In this document: positions 62,134 to 64,000 of the stretch, one piece after another | Position numbering within the stretch: position 1 is the first letter of the stretch | Layout: every line of letters starts with the position of its first letter | Assembly (NCBI RefSeq): GCF_964188315.1 | Contig: NC_135656.1 | Coordinates: 107,198,001-107,262,000 of the forward strand | DNA from: Podarcis muralis | Lineage: Eukaryota | Length of the DNA stretch: 64,000 nt | Direction: 5' to 3' | Notes under the pieces: generated by a model | Database searches by the model: none | What the model saw: only the letters and a program-made list of their open reading frames with translations | Told to the model about the DNA's origin: nothing | Program-made: the position numbers and the translations under genes

Positions 62134-62318
62134 TTATGTGCTGTGGTAGACTCTGGCATCTGCCCAGGGTGCAGGGTTGGTCCTCGTTTGGAGAAGGTCC
62201 ACGATCGAATAAAACAGATCCTGATCAGCTTTCACGGTGAAGTGGAACGTCAGCAGAAGGTGGACTTCATGACCTTGCGTGAAGAGTACCAGCCTTCTGT
62301 TGACTTTCCATCCTTTGG
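62134..62318 (-). CDS. Candidate terminal coding exon of an unidentified gene
   Basis: ctgcag|CC AAA GGA TGG..., 60 open codons rich in C/G-ending codons, then TAA (KGWKVNRRLVLFTQGHEVHLLLTFHFTVKADQDLFYSIVDLLQ...). Confidence 0.4.
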
Positions 62319-63277
62319 CTGCAGGATCATACTAAATGAGCTGCTCCCCCCCCCCCGCCCCCCGAAATCTCACATGACCGCAAAGGGATCGTGGCATTGC
62401 GATGTGGGACAGGGGCACCTTCCCTTGCATGACTCACAGATCACTCTGTCACTCTCCCTGCCCGCAGTTTCAGGAAAAAAGTCCTGGGCTGAATTTTTCA
62501 GTTCTCTGTTTTGTACAGCCTGGAACCCTCTCTGGCCCCTGTGCGCCAATGTCGGCTTGCTTCTAATTAAACATCGCACTACCCCAGAGAACCACATGGC
62601 AAATCGTTACCCACAAGGTTTCGAGCAAGTTAGGGGACCTCTGCCTGGTTTGGAGAAATCAGCAGCACTTCTCCAGCTTCCGATGGCTGAGGCATAGGCC
62701 TGTCTGAATTAAAACAGGCACACGTCGCACTCTGATCTGAAAAGATTCTCTATCAGGGAGTGAACGCAAGTGGTGCACGGTTGCTCTCAAAGCTTACCCC
62801 CTCCATTTCTGCATCAGTCACTCTTTTGAGCAAGAACACATTGCAGAGCGGGAGATCGGAGATGCGATGGGCTGCTGCCGCCACCTCCTCTCTCAGCAAG
62901 TGCTTTGGGTTCAGGGAAGCCTCTTGATGAATTTATTTTGTGCAGCACGCTTTCATTCCCGTAGCACGGTGTTCAGATTGCCTGATGGGTAAAGTGGGCC
63001 TAACCACCCTCTTTTGTGATAGCCATCCTTAGCAGGCACAATTTGCCCCAAATCAAGGGAAGTTGGGGGAGTGGGGCTTGAGGATTTCATCACTTGGGGT
63101 CTTACATTTCCCCCAATAAGTTGAACACAGTTTTGGAGCATCTACGCTAGGGTAAGCCACAGATTTCTGTACACAGGCAGGGTGAGGAACTTCATAGGCG
63201 AGTCATGACTGGTGTTATTATTGGCCTGTCTTGTTCAGACGAAGGAAGTGTGGTGACATGTTCAGCCGGTCCATCTT

Positions 63278-64000
63278 AGAATCATAGAATCATAGAGTTG
63301 GAATAGACCACAAGGGCCATCGAGTCCAACCCCCTGCCAAGCAGGAAACACCATCAGAGCACTCCTGACATATGGTTGTCAAGCCTCTGCTTAAAGACCT
63401 CCAAAGAAGGAGACTCCACCACACTCCTTGGCAGCAAATTCCACTGTCAAACAGCTCTTACTGTCAGGAAGTTCTTCCTAATGTTTAGGTGGAATCTTCT
63501 TTCTTGTAGTTTGGATCCATTGCTCCGTGTCCGCTTCTCTGGAGCAGCAGAAAACAACCTTTCTCCCTCCTCTATGTGACATCCTTTTATATATTTGAAC
63601 ATGGCTATCATATCACCCCTTAACCTCCTCTTCTCCAGGCTAAACATGCCCAGCTCCCTTAGCCGTTCCTCATAAGGCATCGTTTCCAGGCCTTTGACCA
63701 TTTTGGTTGCCCTCCTCTGGACACGTTCCAGTTTGTCAGTGTCCTTCTTGAACTGTGGTGCCCAGAACTGGACACAGTACTCCAGGTGAGGTCTGACCAG
63801 AGCAGAATAGAGTGGCACTATTACTTCCTTTGATCTAGATGCTATACTCCTATTGATGCAGCCCAGAATTGCATTGGCTTTTTTAGTTGCCGCATCACAC
63901 TGTTGGCTCATGTCAAGTTTGTGGTCAACCAAGACTCCTAGATCCTTTTCACATGTACTGCTCTCAAGCCAGGTGTCCCCCATCTTGTATTTGTGCCTCT
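63278..64000 (-). mobile_element. CR1 LINE 3' end (ORF2 C-terminus open), continues beyond the window
   Basis: [33 protein letters not shown]; (ATAGAATC)n tail. Confidence 0.96.

Noticed and set aside
62134-62318. Assigning the unknown exon to RNF39 (B30.2) or a FIIND/UPA domain
   Set aside because: Only faint by-eye resemblance; a B30.2 exon would be much longer, and no motif is decisive without a search
62143-62697. 184-aa plus-strand ORF downstream of PPP1R11
   Set aside because: Runs through a poly-C tract, has no convincing splice sites, and codon bias favours the opposite strand
1-64000. CRISPR arrays, rRNA, operons, ERV internal genes
   Set aside because: No repeat-spacer arrays, rRNA-like sequence or gag/pol/env motifs seen; the sequence is eukaryotic with spliced genes

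Overview
Vertebrate genomic DNA. The SINE content (Sauria/Squam1, Squam2, Squam3-like) points to a squamate, probably a lacertid lizard. The left ~47 kb is a recently expanded cluster of family-2-like olfactory receptor (OR) genes: four intact ORFs, two pseudogenes and a 72-bp fragment. It was built by an inverted duplication (~8-9 kb arms, ~1.4 kb spacer, two ORs tail-to-tail) and a ~12.2 kb tandem duplication whose breakpoint lies inside an L1. The right ~17 kb holds two MHC class I-region framework genes, POLR1H/ZNRD1 (4 coding exons) and PPP1R11 (3 coding exons), both fully reconstructed from splice sites, followed by candidate exons of an unidentified minus-strand gene and a CR1. TEs are dense: L1, CR1, L2, RTE/BovB, Penelope, solo LTRs, Tc1/mariner and hAT MITEs, SINEs. 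The most interesting lead is a phase-0 upstream exon, open in all three duplicated copies, that could add an N-terminal peptide to the ORs (split-CDS ORs). Other leads are a stop-loss C-terminal extension in two ORs and the OR cluster sitting directly next to POLR1H. No prokaryotic features or CRISPR. Similarities were judged by eye; no database search was run.
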